DNA of 64,000 nucleotides from an uncultured Gemmatimonadales bacterium. GTDB lineage: Bacteria > Gemmatimonadota > Gemmatimonadetes > Longimicrobiales > RSA9. Under the pieces are notes generated by a model. That model worked only from the letters and a program-made list of their open reading frames with translations, was not told the DNA's origin and searched no databases. This document shows, in pieces, positions 36,006 through 48,991 of the stretch. The translations under genes and the position numbers were made by a program. Location of the stretch: NCBI GenBank assembly GCA_963798845.1, contig CAWCUS010000001.1:480001-544000 (forward strand), given 5' to 3'. Within the stretch, counting starts at the first letter, position 1, and each line of letters opens with the position of its first letter.

Positions 36006-38333
36006 TCAGAGCAGGCTGACGGGGTCGCGGTCGATGATGACGCGCACCACGCCGGAGCCGGTGCCGTGCTCGCGGTACAGCGCGCGGCAGACGTCGCCGA
36101 GCCGGCGCGCGCTCGTGCTCCTCAGGAGGAGATGCCAGCGCCAGCGCTCGCGGATCCGGTCGATGGCGCACGGAGCCGGCCCCAGGACGTGGACCGTCGA
36201 GCCGGCGAGCCCGGCGCCGGCGGGCCCATCGGGGTGGTTTCGGCTCGTGGCGCGGATGGCATCGGCGCACCAGGCGGCAAGGTCCTCGGCGGTCTCCTGG
36301 ACCTGGACTTCGTCCGGGCCGCTGACGACAATGTTGGCGAGGCGCGTGTGCGGCGGGTACGCGGGGTCGCGTCGCTCCTCGAGCTCGCGGGCGGCGAAGC
36401 CGATGTAGTCGTGCTCCAGCGCCCGCCGTATGGCGTAGTGCCCGGGCAGCGCAGTCTGGATCACCACCTCTCCGGCGCGCTGGCCGCGACCGGCGCGTCC
36501 GGCCACCTGGGTCAGGAGCTGGAACGTGCGCTCGCCCGCGCGGAAGTCGGGGAGGTTCATGCCCACGTCGGCGTTGATCACGCCGACCAGAGTGACGAAG
36601 GGGAAATCGAGCCCCTTGGCGATCATCTGCGTGCCGAGGAGGATGTCCACCTCGCGCCGCCCCACCCGACCGAGAATCTGGTGGTGGGCCCATTTTCCCG
36701 AAGTCGTGTCCACGTCCATGCGTGCCACGCGCGCGGCGGGATACGTCTCGGTGACCGTCCGCTCCACCTGCTCGGTGCCGAGGCCGCGGAAGGAGAGGTC
36801 CTCGTTGCCGCACTCGGAGCAACGGCGGGGGATCGCCTCCTCGTGGAAGCAGTAGTGGCATACCAGCCGTCGGCGAGTGCGGTGGTACGTGAGCGAGACG
36901 TTGCAGCGGCCGCACTGCCAGACGTGCCCGCACGCGCCGCACTGGACGAAGTTGGCGTAGCCACGCCGGTTCAGAAGGAGGATCGTCTGCTCCCGGCGGA
37001 CGAGCCGATCGTGGATCGCCGCGGCGAGCGGCTCCGACAGGATCACCCGGCCTTTTCGTCCGACGATGCCGCCCGCCCCGAACGCGCTGTCCGCGGCCGG
37101 ACGCTCCGCCGCCGGCACTCCGGGCGGGCGCCTGAGGTCGACCACCCTCACGGAGGGGAGCGGGCGCCCCTCCACGCGCTCGGGGAGCTCGATGAGCGCG
37201 TACTTCCCGCTCGCGGCATTGGCCCAGCTTTCGAGCAATGGGGTGGCGCTGCCGAGGATGCACACGGCGCCGACCATGGCGGCTCGGACTATGGCCACCT
37301 CGCGCGCGTGGTACCGGGGCGCCTCGCCCTGCTTGTAGCTGGACTCGTGTTCCTCGTCGACGACGATGGCGCCGAGGTCGCGGACCGGCGCGAAGACGGC
37401 CGACCGGGCGCCCACGGCGATGCGCCGCTCGCCCGCGCGGAGCATGCGCCAGGCGTCGTAGCGCTCCCCTTCCGAGAGTGCGGAATGGAGCACCGCCACG
37501 TCCTCGCCGAAGCGGGAGCGGAAGCGGTCCACGGTCTGCGGGGTCAGGGCGATCTCGGGAACGAGGACGATGGCGCCCCGCCCCCGTCGCGCCACCACTT
37601 CGTCCAGAAGGTCGATGTAGACGCGCGTCTTGCCCGAGCCCGTGACGCCGCGCAGGAGGAAGGTGCCGCCGGCGCCGCTCGCGGCCTGGAGCAACGGGAC
37701 GAGCGCGGCCTGCTGATCGACGGTGAGCGGCGGCAGCGGCCCGGCCGTCGCCGGGATGTCGGCGAACGGGTCGCGGTCGACCACCTCCTCGATGATCTCG
37801 GCCACGCCGCGCTCCACCACGCCGTTGATGACCGGATAGGAGAACCCCTGGTCGACCAGGCCGGGCACGGGCGACGCGCCGCCCGCCGCCTCCACGACCT
37901 CGTAGCACTCGCGCTGCCGCCCCGCTCGCCTGAAGACGTCGTCCCGGAGCGTCAGGCTGGGAAGCTCGCGCGTGATGCGAAGGACGCGCTGGGTCCGGAC
38001 GGGGTCGGCCCCGGCGCCGGCCAGCGGGTTGGGGAGCGCGGTACGCAGCACGAGTCCCAGCGACGACAGGTAGTAGTCGGCCACCCAGCCCGCGAGACGG
38101 AGCATGTCCGCATCGGCGCTGGGGCGGTCCTCGAGGACGCGCCGCACGTCACGGATCCGGGGACCGCCGCCCCCGTCGGCTACGTCCTCGGATCGCGCCT
38201 CGCCCGCGACCCAGCCCACCATCCTGCGCGGGCCGAACGGCACCTCGACGCGGGTGCCCGGCTCCACGGGCGCCTGCACACGGTAGGTGAAGGTGCGAGG
38301 CATCGGGAGCGGGAGCGCGATCTCTACGAGCAT
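36006..38333 (-). CDS. priA: Primosomal protein N' (replication restart helicase)
   Basis: GVTGSGKT, LVPEIALTPQ, DEEHESSYKQ, four CxxC zinc motifs and GTQMIAKGLDF. Confidence 0.96.
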   Translation of the reverse strand: MLVEIALPLPMPRTFTYRVQAPVEPGTRVEVPFGPRRMVGWVAGEARSEDVADGGGGPRIRDVRRVLEDRPSADADMLRLAGWVADYYLSSLGLVLRTALPNPLAGAGADPVRTQRVLRITRELPSLTLRDDVFRRAGRQRECYEVVEAAGGASPVPGLVDQGFSYPVINGVVERGVAEIIEEVVDRDPFADIPATAGPLPPLTVDQQAALVPLLQAASGAGGTFLLRGVTGSGKTRVYIDLLDEVVARRGRGAIVLVPEIALTPQTVDRFRSRFGEDVAVLHSALSEGERYDAWRMLRAGERRIAVGARSAVFAPVRDLGAIVVDEEHESSYKQGEAPRYHAREVAIVRAAMVGAVCILGSATPLLESWANAASGKYALIELPERVEGRPLPSVRVVDLRRPPGVPAAERPAADSAFGAGGIVGRKGRVILSEPLAAAIHDRLVRREQTILLLNRRGYANFVQCGACGHVWQCGRCNVSLTYHRTRRRLVCHYCFHEEAIPRRCSECGNEDLSFRGLGTEQVERTVTETYPAARVARMDVDTTSGKWAHHQILGRVGRREVDILLGTQMIAKGLDFPFVTLVGVINADVGMNLPDFRAGERTFQLLTQVAGRAGRGQRAGEVVIQTALPGHYAIRRALEHDYIGFAARELEERRDPAYPPHTRLANIVVSGPDEVQVQETAEDLAAWCADAIRATSRNHPDGPAGAGLAGSTVHVLGPAPCAIDRIRERWRWHLLLRSTSARRLGDVCRALYREHGTGSGVVRVIIDRDPVSLL

Positions 38334-38423
38334 GTCCGGGCGGGAGCGGACGGGGTCTGCGCGTGGCGGGCGGTGGCGGCGCTCATGTCGCGACGTGCGA
38401 GGACTGCATGGCCGGAGCGGGAA

Positions 38424-39089
38424 TCAGAGCTGGATTCGCACGAAGTCGTACGGCGGCCACGGGCCTGTGACATCGAACGACAGGTCGGCATGCGAGCCGC
38501 TCAGGTCGTCCGCGCGCTCGACGAACTCCACCCACGCGCCGCGCTCGACCAGGAAGGCGGCGCTCATGAGCCGGCCCTCGACCCGGCGCAGCGGAATGGC
38601 GGCCCGGGCGAAGCGGCGCATCTCGGAATACGCGTGGGTGGCGAGCTCGCGCAGCGAATCGTCTCCCTCGTCGCCGAGAATGTGAAGCCGGAGCTCCCAG
38701 TGGCCGTCGAGGAACGCCAGCCCTTCGTCCAGAACGATGTACTGGTCCTCGAGGAACCGGATCATGGCGCGCCGGCCGCGGAAGACCACACCGAACGGCG
38801 CGGGGAGGATCGTGCCCCGGCGCATCGTCCCTTCCACCAGCCGCTGGTGGGCGTGAACGGCTTCGTCGCTCAGCTCCGGGATCTGGTAGGGCACGGCGCG
38901 CACCAGTGCCTCCAGGTCGCGGTAGCGGACCTTGATGAGGTCGCCCGAGTCCGCGCTCCCCGACCTCCAGGTGCGGGAGCGCACCACGCCGTACAGGTAC
39001 AGTCCTTCCAACGCGGTGCGCTCTTCCCGATGGTGGGAAGGGGGGTGCACCGCCCCGGACGAGGCACCTGCTTCGGCGGCTTCCCGCAT
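38424..39089 (-). CDS. GvpL/GvpF family protein
   Basis: GLYLYGVV, HQRLVE...TILPAPFGVVF, AAFLVER and TGPWPPYDFV. Confidence 0.85.
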   Translation of the reverse strand: MREAAEAGASSGAVHPPSHHREERTALEGLYLYGVVRSRTWRSGSADSGDLIKVRYRDLEALVRAVPYQIPELSDEAVHAHQRLVEGTMRRGTILPAPFGVVFRGRRAMIRFLEDQYIVLDEGLAFLDGHWELRLHILGDEGDDSLRELATHAYSEMRRFARAAIPLRRVEGRLMSAAFLVERGAWVEFVERADDLSGSHADLSFDVTGPWPPYDFVRIQL

Positions 39090-39095
39090 GCGGCC

Positions 39096-40295
39096 TCAAG
39101 GGAGCAGGGTGAAGATCTCCTTCTGGGGCTCAGGAGTCGTGACCTCCGGCCCGTTCTCACCCATGTACACGTCAATTTCCGTGCGCAGCCCCACGTCCCC
39201 GCGGACGTAGATGCCGGGCTCGATGCTGAAGCCGACGCCCGGGATCAGCTTGCGCGTCTCGTGGGTCTCCAGGTTGTCGATGTTCGGCCCCATGCCGTGG
39301 ACATCCTGGTCGATGGAGTGGCCGGTCCGGTGGATGAAGTAGCGGTCGAAGCCGCGCTCGCGGATGACCCCGCGCGGGACGTCGTCCACCTGGTAGCCCT
39401 GGAGGGTCCGGCCGGCGTCCCACTCGGCGCGCACGAATTCGACGGCCGCGTCGCGCGCGTCGCGGATCGCCTCCCAGTAGCGCTGCACGTCCTCCGGCAC
39501 CGACGGCCCCAGGTACCCCATCCAGGTCTGGTCCGCGAAGATGGCATCCGTGTCCTCGCGTCCCCACAGGTCCACCAGCACGACGTCGCCCTTCCTGAAC
39601 GTGGCGCCGCCCGGACCGTTCTCGTAGTGCGGGTTGGCCGCGTTCACACCGTTCGCGACGATGGCGTCCCGACCCTCCGGCACCCCGCGATCGCGCAGCC
39701 GGTCCAGCAGCCACCCGTGGAGCGCCCCCTCGGTGAGGGCGTCCCCGGCCGCCACGGCATCGGCCGCGCGCCGGAACGTGTCCCTCGCCGCCTCGGCCAG
39801 CACCGCCGCCGCCCGGCGATGCGAGGCCAGCCCTTCCTCCGTCCAGCGCGCGTAGAACCGGGTGATCAGGTCGGCGGAGGACGCCAGCTCCGCACCGGCC
39901 TTCCGGAGCAGGTCCGCCACGCCGGCGGGGATCAGGTCGACGGCGGGGACCGCGTCGTCCTTCATCACCTCCGCGGCCACCTTCTTCCCGCCCACGAGCC
40001 CGGCGAGGCTCTCGTCGAGGCTCTTCCAGGAGACGTAGCTCCGCTTGGCCCACGGCCACGCGTCCCACGGCGTGGTCTCGATCCCGTGCATGAGCACTGT
40101 CGGGTCGCCGTCGGCGGGGACGAGGACGAAGTAGCGGCGGGTCAGCTCACCCACCCCGGTCAGACGCCCGGCCACCAGGTTGCGCGCATGGAGGTCGTAC
40201 AGCAGCCAGCCGTCCAGCCCGTGCTCGCGAAGCCCCTCCTGGATCTCCGCCAGCCGCCCCTTCAGCGTCCCGAAATCACTCGCCGTGCTCTTCAC
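39096..40295 (-). CDS. Xaa-Pro aminopeptidase-like peptidase, family M24
   Basis: NAANPHY, VDLWG, ADQTW, HRTGHSI, FSIEPGIY and GLRTE. Confidence 0.9.
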   Translation of the reverse strand: MKSTASDFGTLKGRLAEIQEGLREHGLDGWLLYDLHARNLVAGRLTGVGELTRRYFVLVPADGDPTVLMHGIETTPWDAWPWAKRSYVSWKSLDESLAGLVGGKKVAAEVMKDDAVPAVDLIPAGVADLLRKAGAELASSADLITRFYARWTEEGLASHRRAAAVLAEAARDTFRRAADAVAAGDALTEGALHGWLLDRLRDRGVPEGRDAIVANGVNAANPHYENGPGGATFRKGDVVLVDLWGREDTDAIFADQTWMGYLGPSVPEDVQRYWEAIRDARDAAVEFVRAEWDAGRTLQGYQVDDVPRGVIRERGFDRYFIHRTGHSIDQDVHGMGPNIDNLETHETRKLIPGVGFSIEPGIYVRGDVGLRTEIDVYMGENGPEVTTPEPQKEIFTLLP

Positions 40296-40415
40296 TGCCG
40301 TCCTCCCTCTCGGGTTCGACCCGCTCCTCCGCCCCGCGTGCGACGCCCGGCCGTACGCTCCCGGCTCCTCCTCCGGCCGGGCATGGCGGCAATGTGCGGA
40401 TGACCGTGGGGCGGG

Positions 40416-41387
40416 TCAATCGTCCGCCGCGGCGGCCGGAAGCCCGGCCATCGCCCGGATCGTCTGGACCACGCCCGCCGCCGTGCGGTGGGGAACGTAT
40501 CCGCCTTCGAGGAGGGCCACCACGCGGCCGCCCGCACACTCGATCAGCCGGCGCGTCATCGCGTGCAGGTCGGGGGGCTCGAGGAGGAGCCCTCCCAGCG
40601 GGTCCCCGGCCAGACAGTCGTAGCCCGCGGACACCAGCACCAGGTCGGGAGTGAACTCGTCGAAGACCATCGAGATCACCTCGTCGTAGACCCGCAGGTA
40701 GTACTCCCGTTCGACCCCCGGGGGGAACGGCACGTTGCGCGTGGTCCCCTCCCCCTCCGCCAGGCCGGTCTGGTGCGTGTGCCCCGTGCCCGGGTAGTGC
40801 CCCGTCATGTGCAGCGACAGGTAGTAGACGCTCGGGTCGCCGTAGAAGATGTCCTGCGTGCCGTTCCCGTGGTGGACATCCCAATCCACGATAAGAACCC
40901 GCTCCGCCCCCGCTACGTCGCGCGCCCAGCGCGCCGCCACCGCCGCGTTGTTGAACAGGCAGAAGCCCATGGGACGCTCCGTCGTCGCATGGTGCCCCGG
41001 CGGACGCGTCAGCGCGAACGCCGTCCCCGCCTTCCCTTCCAGCACCAGCCGCGCCGCGTGCAGCGCCGCGCCCGCCGCACCGAGCCCCGCCTCCCAGGAA
41101 GCGCCGGATACGATCGTGTCCTGCGTCAGGTCCACCGGCCTCCCCGCCGCCCTCGCCCGCTCCACCCCCCGCTGCACGGCCGCCAGGTGCGCGGGTGAAT
41201 GCACGCGCAGCAGGTCGTCCCGCGACGCCGCCGGCGCCTCCTCCTGCAGCATCCGGTCGAGGAGCGCCGGCGTTTCCCTGTAGATCGCCTTCACGATCGC
41301 GGGCAGCCGCCCCTGGTGCTCCGGGTGGTGCCAGCCCGTGTCGTGGAGCGCGCACGCCGAGTGCGAGACGATCGCGGTTTCACGCAT
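40416..41387 (-). CDS. Histone-deacetylase family protein
   Basis: HPE, RPPGHHA, GFCLFNN, DWDVHHGNGTQ, SAGYD and LEGGY. Confidence 0.93.
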   Translation of the reverse strand: MRETAIVSHSACALHDTGWHHPEHQGRLPAIVKAIYRETPALLDRMLQEEAPAASRDDLLRVHSPAHLAAVQRGVERARAAGRPVDLTQDTIVSGASWEAGLGAAGAALHAARLVLEGKAGTAFALTRPPGHHATTERPMGFCLFNNAAVAARWARDVAGAERVLIVDWDVHHGNGTQDIFYGDPSVYYLSLHMTGHYPGTGHTHQTGLAEGEGTTRNVPFPPGVEREYYLRVYDEVISMVFDEFTPDLVLVSAGYDCLAGDPLGGLLLEPPDLHAMTRRLIECAGGRVVALLEGGYVPHRTAAGVVQTIRAMAGLPAAAADD

Positions 41388-41618
41388 GGGCGGAAGGTGG
41401 TGGAACTCCGCCGGACGCGCGACCCCCGGGCGGGCCGAGGCGCGTCGAACGGCCGTTCGCGCTCAGGCACCGTGAGCACGCCAGACAACGGCAGGAACCG
41501 GCGGACACGCGAAGGGCCGCGTAACCGCGCCCCACGCGTGATCGGGTGATCGCCCGGGCCCCCACGGCTCCGGGGCGGGCGGGAAGACCCTGGCGCGGCC
41601 GACGGGGTGGGTGACATC

Positions 41619-41643
41619 TTACCCCTCAAATGTTGATGGGAAA
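41619..41643. promoter_or_regulatory. Imperfect palindrome, probable PadR operator
   Basis: TTACCCCTCAAATGTTGATGGGAAA immediately upstream of padR, inside the divergent hdac/padR spacer. Confidence 0.5.
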
Positions 41644-41653
41644 GGGGGCACGC

Positions 41654-42007
41654 GTGGACAACGGGCTGCTGCAGGGGACGCTGGACGTGCTGGTGCTGAA
41701 GGCGCTGGTCTGGGGGCCGCGGCACGGGTACGCGGTGGCAGGCTGGATCCGGGAGACGACGGAGGACGCGCTGCGCGTGGAGGAGGGAGCGCTGTACACG
41801 GCGCTGCACCGGATGGAGAAGCGGAAGTGGCTGGAGAGCGAGTGGGGGCTGAGCGAGAACAACCGTCGGGCGAAGTACTACCGTCTGACGTCGGCGGGTC
41901 GGAGGCAGCTGGCGCAGGGGACGCGGGACTGGACGTCGTACGCGGAAGCGGTGTTCAAGGTGCTGGGTGCGACGGGAGGTGCGGCGAGCGCGGAGACGGC
42001 GACATGA
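41654..42007 (+). CDS. PadR family transcriptional regulator (acidobacterial type)
   Basis: LLQGTLDVLVLKAL...HGY...EEGALYTALHR...SENNRRAKYYRLT. Confidence 0.92.
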   Translation: MDNGLLQGTLDVLVLKALVWGPRHGYAVAGWIRETTEDALRVEEGALYTALHRMEKRKWLESEWGLSENNRRAKYYRLTSAGRRQLAQGTRDWTSYAEAVFKVLGATGGAASAETAT

Positions 42008-44691
42008 GCGGCTTCGAGGGGATTCGGCGGGTCTTCCGGCTCGGGATAGGGGGCGGGGACTCGGAGCGGGAAGTGGACCGCGAGCTGGCGTTCCACTTCG
42101 AGGAGACGGTTCGGGAGCTGGTGTCGTCGGGGATGACGGAGGGGGAGGCGCGCATGGAGTCGCGGCGTCGGTTCGGCGACGAGGCGCGCTATCGTAAAGA
42201 GCTGGGTCGCATGGCGCGGGGAGCGGACCGTCGAATGCGCGTGGCGGAGGGCCTGGGCACGGTGGGGACCGTGGTTCGGGAGGCGGCGCGGGGAGTGGTG
42301 CGGGCGCCGGGGCTGGCGCTGGCGGTGGTGGTGGTGATCGGGCTGGGCGTGGGTGTGAACGCGGCCATGTTCGGGGTGCTGGACCGGGTGTTCGTGCGGC
42401 CGCCGGCGTGGGTGCGGGATGCGGACGGGGTCCGGCGGGTGTTCGTGCATCGCCGCTACAGCACGGGTCGGGAGGGCACCGACGCGTATCACACGTACCC
42501 CGACTACCGGGACTGGAGCGGGGTGGAATCGCTCGCAGCGACGGCGGCGTACTCGCCGCAGGAGCTGGTGGTGACGACGCCGGCGGGGGTCGAGCGTCAG
42601 CCGGTGACGCTGGCGACGGCGGGCTTCTTCCCGCTCCTGGGGGTGCGCCCGTCGCTGGGGCGTTTCTACGGTGAAGCGGAGGACCGGCTGGGTGGGGCGC
42701 GCGTGGCGGTGCTGAGCCACGAGTTCTGGCGCAGCCGGTTCGGTGGCAGCGCGGACGTGCTGGGCGAGCAGGTGGAGGTGGAAGGGACCGGCTACACGGT
42801 GGTCGGCGTCGCCCCGCCGGGGTTCACGGGGGCGGAGCTGAAGCCGGTCTCCGTGTGGCTCCCGTTCCATGCGGCGGGCGAGCTGGTTGAGGGCGGGACG
42901 GAGTGGGTGGAGAGCCGGGGCTGGTACTGGTTCGAAGTTCTGGCGCGTCTGGACCCGTCGGTGCCCGTGCATCGGGCGGAAGCCGAGGCCACCGCTGCGC
43001 TGCGAGCCGGTCGCGCCGACAACCCGGGCTACGACGCCGAGGCGAAGGTGGAGCTGGCGTCGCTGATCCTGGCGCGCACGTCGGAGGCGTCGGCGGAGGC
43101 GAAGGTGGTGCCGTGGCTCATGGGCGTGGCGCTCATGGTGCTTCTGCTCACGTGCGCGAACGTGGCGAACCTGCTCCTGGCGCGGGCGTCGGCCCGGGAG
43201 CGGGAGACAGCGGTCCAGCTCGCGCTCGGCGCCGGCCAGGGGCGGATCATTGGGACGGCGATGCTGGAGAGCATGCTGCTCGCGCTGGCCGGCGGAGCGG
43301 CGGCGATCGTGCTGGCGGCGTGGGGCGGGGGTCTGCTGCGGAGCCTGATGCTCCCCGACCTGGCATGGCGCGACGCTCCCGGCGGGGCCCGGGTGCTGGC
43401 GTTCGGGCTGGCGGTCACGCTGCTGGCCGGCCTGTTGTCGGGCCTGGTGCCGGCGTTCCGCTTGAGCCGGCCGCATGTGGTGGGATCGCTGCGGGCGAAC
43501 GGGCGCGGAGTGGTGCGCGGGCGATCGCGCATGCGCAGCGGTCTGCTGGTGGCACAGGCGGCCATCTCGGTGGTGCTGCTCGTCGGGACCGGGCTGTTCG
43601 TGCTGAGCCTGCGGCACGCCCGCGGCGTGGATCTCGGCTTCGAGCCGGACCGGGTTCTGCTGGTGAGGCTGGAGCCGGAAGGCGGCTATCCGGGCGGCGA
43701 GGCGATGACGCGGATGTACAGGGACGCCCGTGAGGAGGTGAGGGGGCTGGCGGGAGTGGACGCCACCGCCATATCGACCACCCTTCCCTTCCGCAACAAC
43801 CGGGGAGTGGATCTCCGGGTGCCTGGTCTGGACAGCATCCCGACCACGGCGGCGGGCGGGGCGTACATCAACGCCGTCACCGGCGGCTACTTCGAGGTGA
43901 TGGGCCTGGAGGTCCTGCAGGGGCGGGGGCTGGATGACGCGGATGACGGGTCGGCGGCGCGCGTGGCGGTGGTGAACGCGACCATGGCGCGACTGCTCTG
44001 GCCGGGCGGCGGAGCGCTGGGGCAGTGCCTGATCATCGAGGAGCACCCGTGCGCCACGGTGGTGGGCGTGGTGGAGGACCACCACCGCTACGAGCTGGAA
44101 GAGCCGGCCAGCCTCCAGTACTACGTCCCCCTCTCCCAGGCGCCGTTCCCCTGGCCTCCCACGCGGCTGATCGTGGAGACGGCGCATCCGGGGGCGCTGG
44201 CGGGCCCGGTCCGCGACGCGCTCCAGGGGCAGATCCCGGGCGCGAAGCTGGTGACCACGCAGCCGTACGAGGACGTGATCGACCCGAGCTACCGATCGTG
44301 GCAGCTGGGCGCCACGCTGTTCGCCGCGTTCGGCGTGCTCGCCCTGCTGGTGGCCGCCGTCGGCCTCTACAGCGTGCTCTCCTTCAACGTGCTCGAGCGC
44401 CGTCCGGAGCTCGGGATCCGGAGCGCGCTGGGCGCCGGCTCGGCGCGGCTGATCCGGCTCTTCCTCGGCGACGGCATCCGGGTCGCCGGCATCGGCACCC
44501 TCCTCGGCCTCGCCGCGGGCGGATTCGCGGCCACCCGCGCCGAGCCGCTCCTCTTCCGCGTGGACCCGCTCGACCCCCGCGTCCTGGGCGCCGTCGCCGT
44601 CGCGGTCCTCACGGTCGCGGCCGTGGCCAGCGTCCTCCCCGCGTGGCGCGCCACGCGCGTGGACCCGAACGAGGTGCTGCGTTCCGAGTGA
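42004..44691 (+). CDS. ADOP-type duplicated orphan ABC permease (MacB/FtsX x2)
   Basis: Prefix EVDRELAFH...ESRRRFGD, CANVANLLLAR, QAAISVVLLVG and ATRVDP; coupled to PadR. Confidence 0.92.
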   Translation: MSGFEGIRRVFRLGIGGGDSEREVDRELAFHFEETVRELVSSGMTEGEARMESRRRFGDEARYRKELGRMARGADRRMRVAEGLGTVGTVVREAARGVVRAPGLALAVVVVIGLGVGVNAAMFGVLDRVFVRPPAWVRDADGVRRVFVHRRYSTGREGTDAYHTYPDYRDWSGVESLAATAAYSPQELVVTTPAGVERQPVTLATAGFFPLLGVRPSLGRFYGEAEDRLGGARVAVLSHEFWRSRFGGSADVLGEQVEVEGTGYTVVGVAPPGFTGAELKPVSVWLPFHAAGELVEGGTEWVESRGWYWFEVLARLDPSVPVHRAEAEATAALRAGRADNPGYDAEAKVELASLILARTSEASAEAKVVPWLMGVALMVLLLTCANVANLLLARASARERETAVQLALGAGQGRIIGTAMLESMLLALAGGAAAIVLAAWGGGLLRSLMLPDLAWRDAPGGARVLAFGLAVTLLAGLLSGLVPAFRLSRPHVVGSLRANGRGVVRGRSRMRSGLLVAQAAISVVLLVGTGLFVLSLRHARGVDLGFEPDRVLLVRLEPEGGYPGGEAMTRMYRDAREEVRGLAGVDATAISTTLPFRNNRGVDLRVPGLDSIPTTAAGGAYINAVTGGYFEVMGLEVLQGRGLDDADDGSAARVAVVNATMARLLWPGGGALGQCLIIEEHPCATVVGVVEDHHRYELEEPASLQYYVPLSQAPFPWPPTRLIVETAHPGALAGPVRDALQGQIPGAKLVTTQPYEDVIDPSYRSWQLGATLFAAFGVLALLVAAVGLYSVLSFNVLERRPELGIRSALGAGSARLIRLFLGDGIRVAGIGTLLGLAAGGFAATRAEPLLFRVDPLDPRVLGAVAVAVLTVAAVASVLPAWRATRVDPNEVLRSE

Positions 44692-44740
44692 GGCTGTCGG
44701 GAGGGCGGACCGCTCCTGACGCTCGCCCGACCGCGCCGGC

Positions 44741-48241
<3,501 letters not shown>

Positions 48242-48244
48242 CGG

Positions 48245-48361
48245 CTACTCCACCTCCCCCTTCCCCCGTTCCTTCCGCAGGGCGGTGGCCGTGATGAGGA
48301 TCAGGCCGCCCCAGATGAAGCCGCCGATCACGACGAAGGTGGCGATAGCTGCCGTGTTCAT
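48245..48361 (-). CDS. 38-aa single-TM small protein resembling MetS-type NSS transporter small subunits
   Basis: MNTAAIATFVVIGGFIWGGLILITATALRKERGKGEVE; WGG motif; ends 3 bp before the carB start. Confidence 0.6.
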   Translation of the reverse strand: MNTAAIATFVVIGGFIWGGLILITATALRKERGKGEVE

Positions 48362-48704
48362 GGGAACCGGTGGGTGGAATGCGTTCGGGACGGAATGATG
48401 GCCGCTGTGCCGGCGGTCGCGCAAGCATCGCCCCGTCCGGGGGATGGGCCGCTCGCCTCGGCCTGGCGAAAGTGGTGCATCGGTCCCATCGTAGCTGCCC
48501 CGGAGGCGGCACGAGCGGATGCCGAACCCGGATTCCCGTGGCGCTCGGGGGGTCCGGGTCTTGCATTCCCGGACGGCACCTCGGGGCGGCTCGAGCCATC
48601 GCCCCGCGGCCGGATATGGCGCGCTCGCCGCCTGCTCACGAACGGCGGCGTTCGACCGATAGATGAACGGGACCGCGAGCACGATGAGTTCTGTAGGAGG
48701 AACG

Positions 48705-48989
48705 GTGGACAGCGCCTATCCGGCCATCGAAGAACGCCTGGGAACGCTCATCATCGAGGGGCAGCGGCAGGAGGTCTGGGTCCGGTCGAGCCCGGACACG
48801 GACGGAACGTGGCACAACGCCCTTCTCTTCCGCCGCGACGGAAAGCTGTCCGCCCCCGAGCCCACGGTCGCGGGCGTGGACTGGCACGTGCCGCCCGGGA
48901 TCGCGCTCCAGCGGGCGCAGGAGCTGGCGCAGCGCGAGCAGATCCAGCTGTTCCACCGCGCCCGGCGCCCGCGACCGCCCCTGTTCTAG
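48705..48989 (+). CDS. Hypothetical protein
   Basis: RBS AGGAGG then GTG at 48705; coding-like composition. Confidence 0.6.
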   Translation: MDSAYPAIEERLGTLIIEGQRQEVWVRSSPDTDGTWHNALLFRRDGKLSAPEPTVAGVDWHVPPGIALQRAQELAQREQIQLFHRARRPRPPLF

Positions 48990-48991
48990 CG

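Noticed and set aside
36066..40403. 1445-aa + strand ORF, and similar giant ORFs (4963-8658, 21295-25104, 59806-63480, 46874-49714, 9524-11731)
   Set aside because: Antisense shadows of well-identified genes; strong GC3 bias removes stops from the opposite frame and the translations have no motifs.
41654..44691. PadR plus duplicated permease lacking an ATPase as a novel system
   Set aside because: This is the described acidobacterial PadR / ADOP arrangement.
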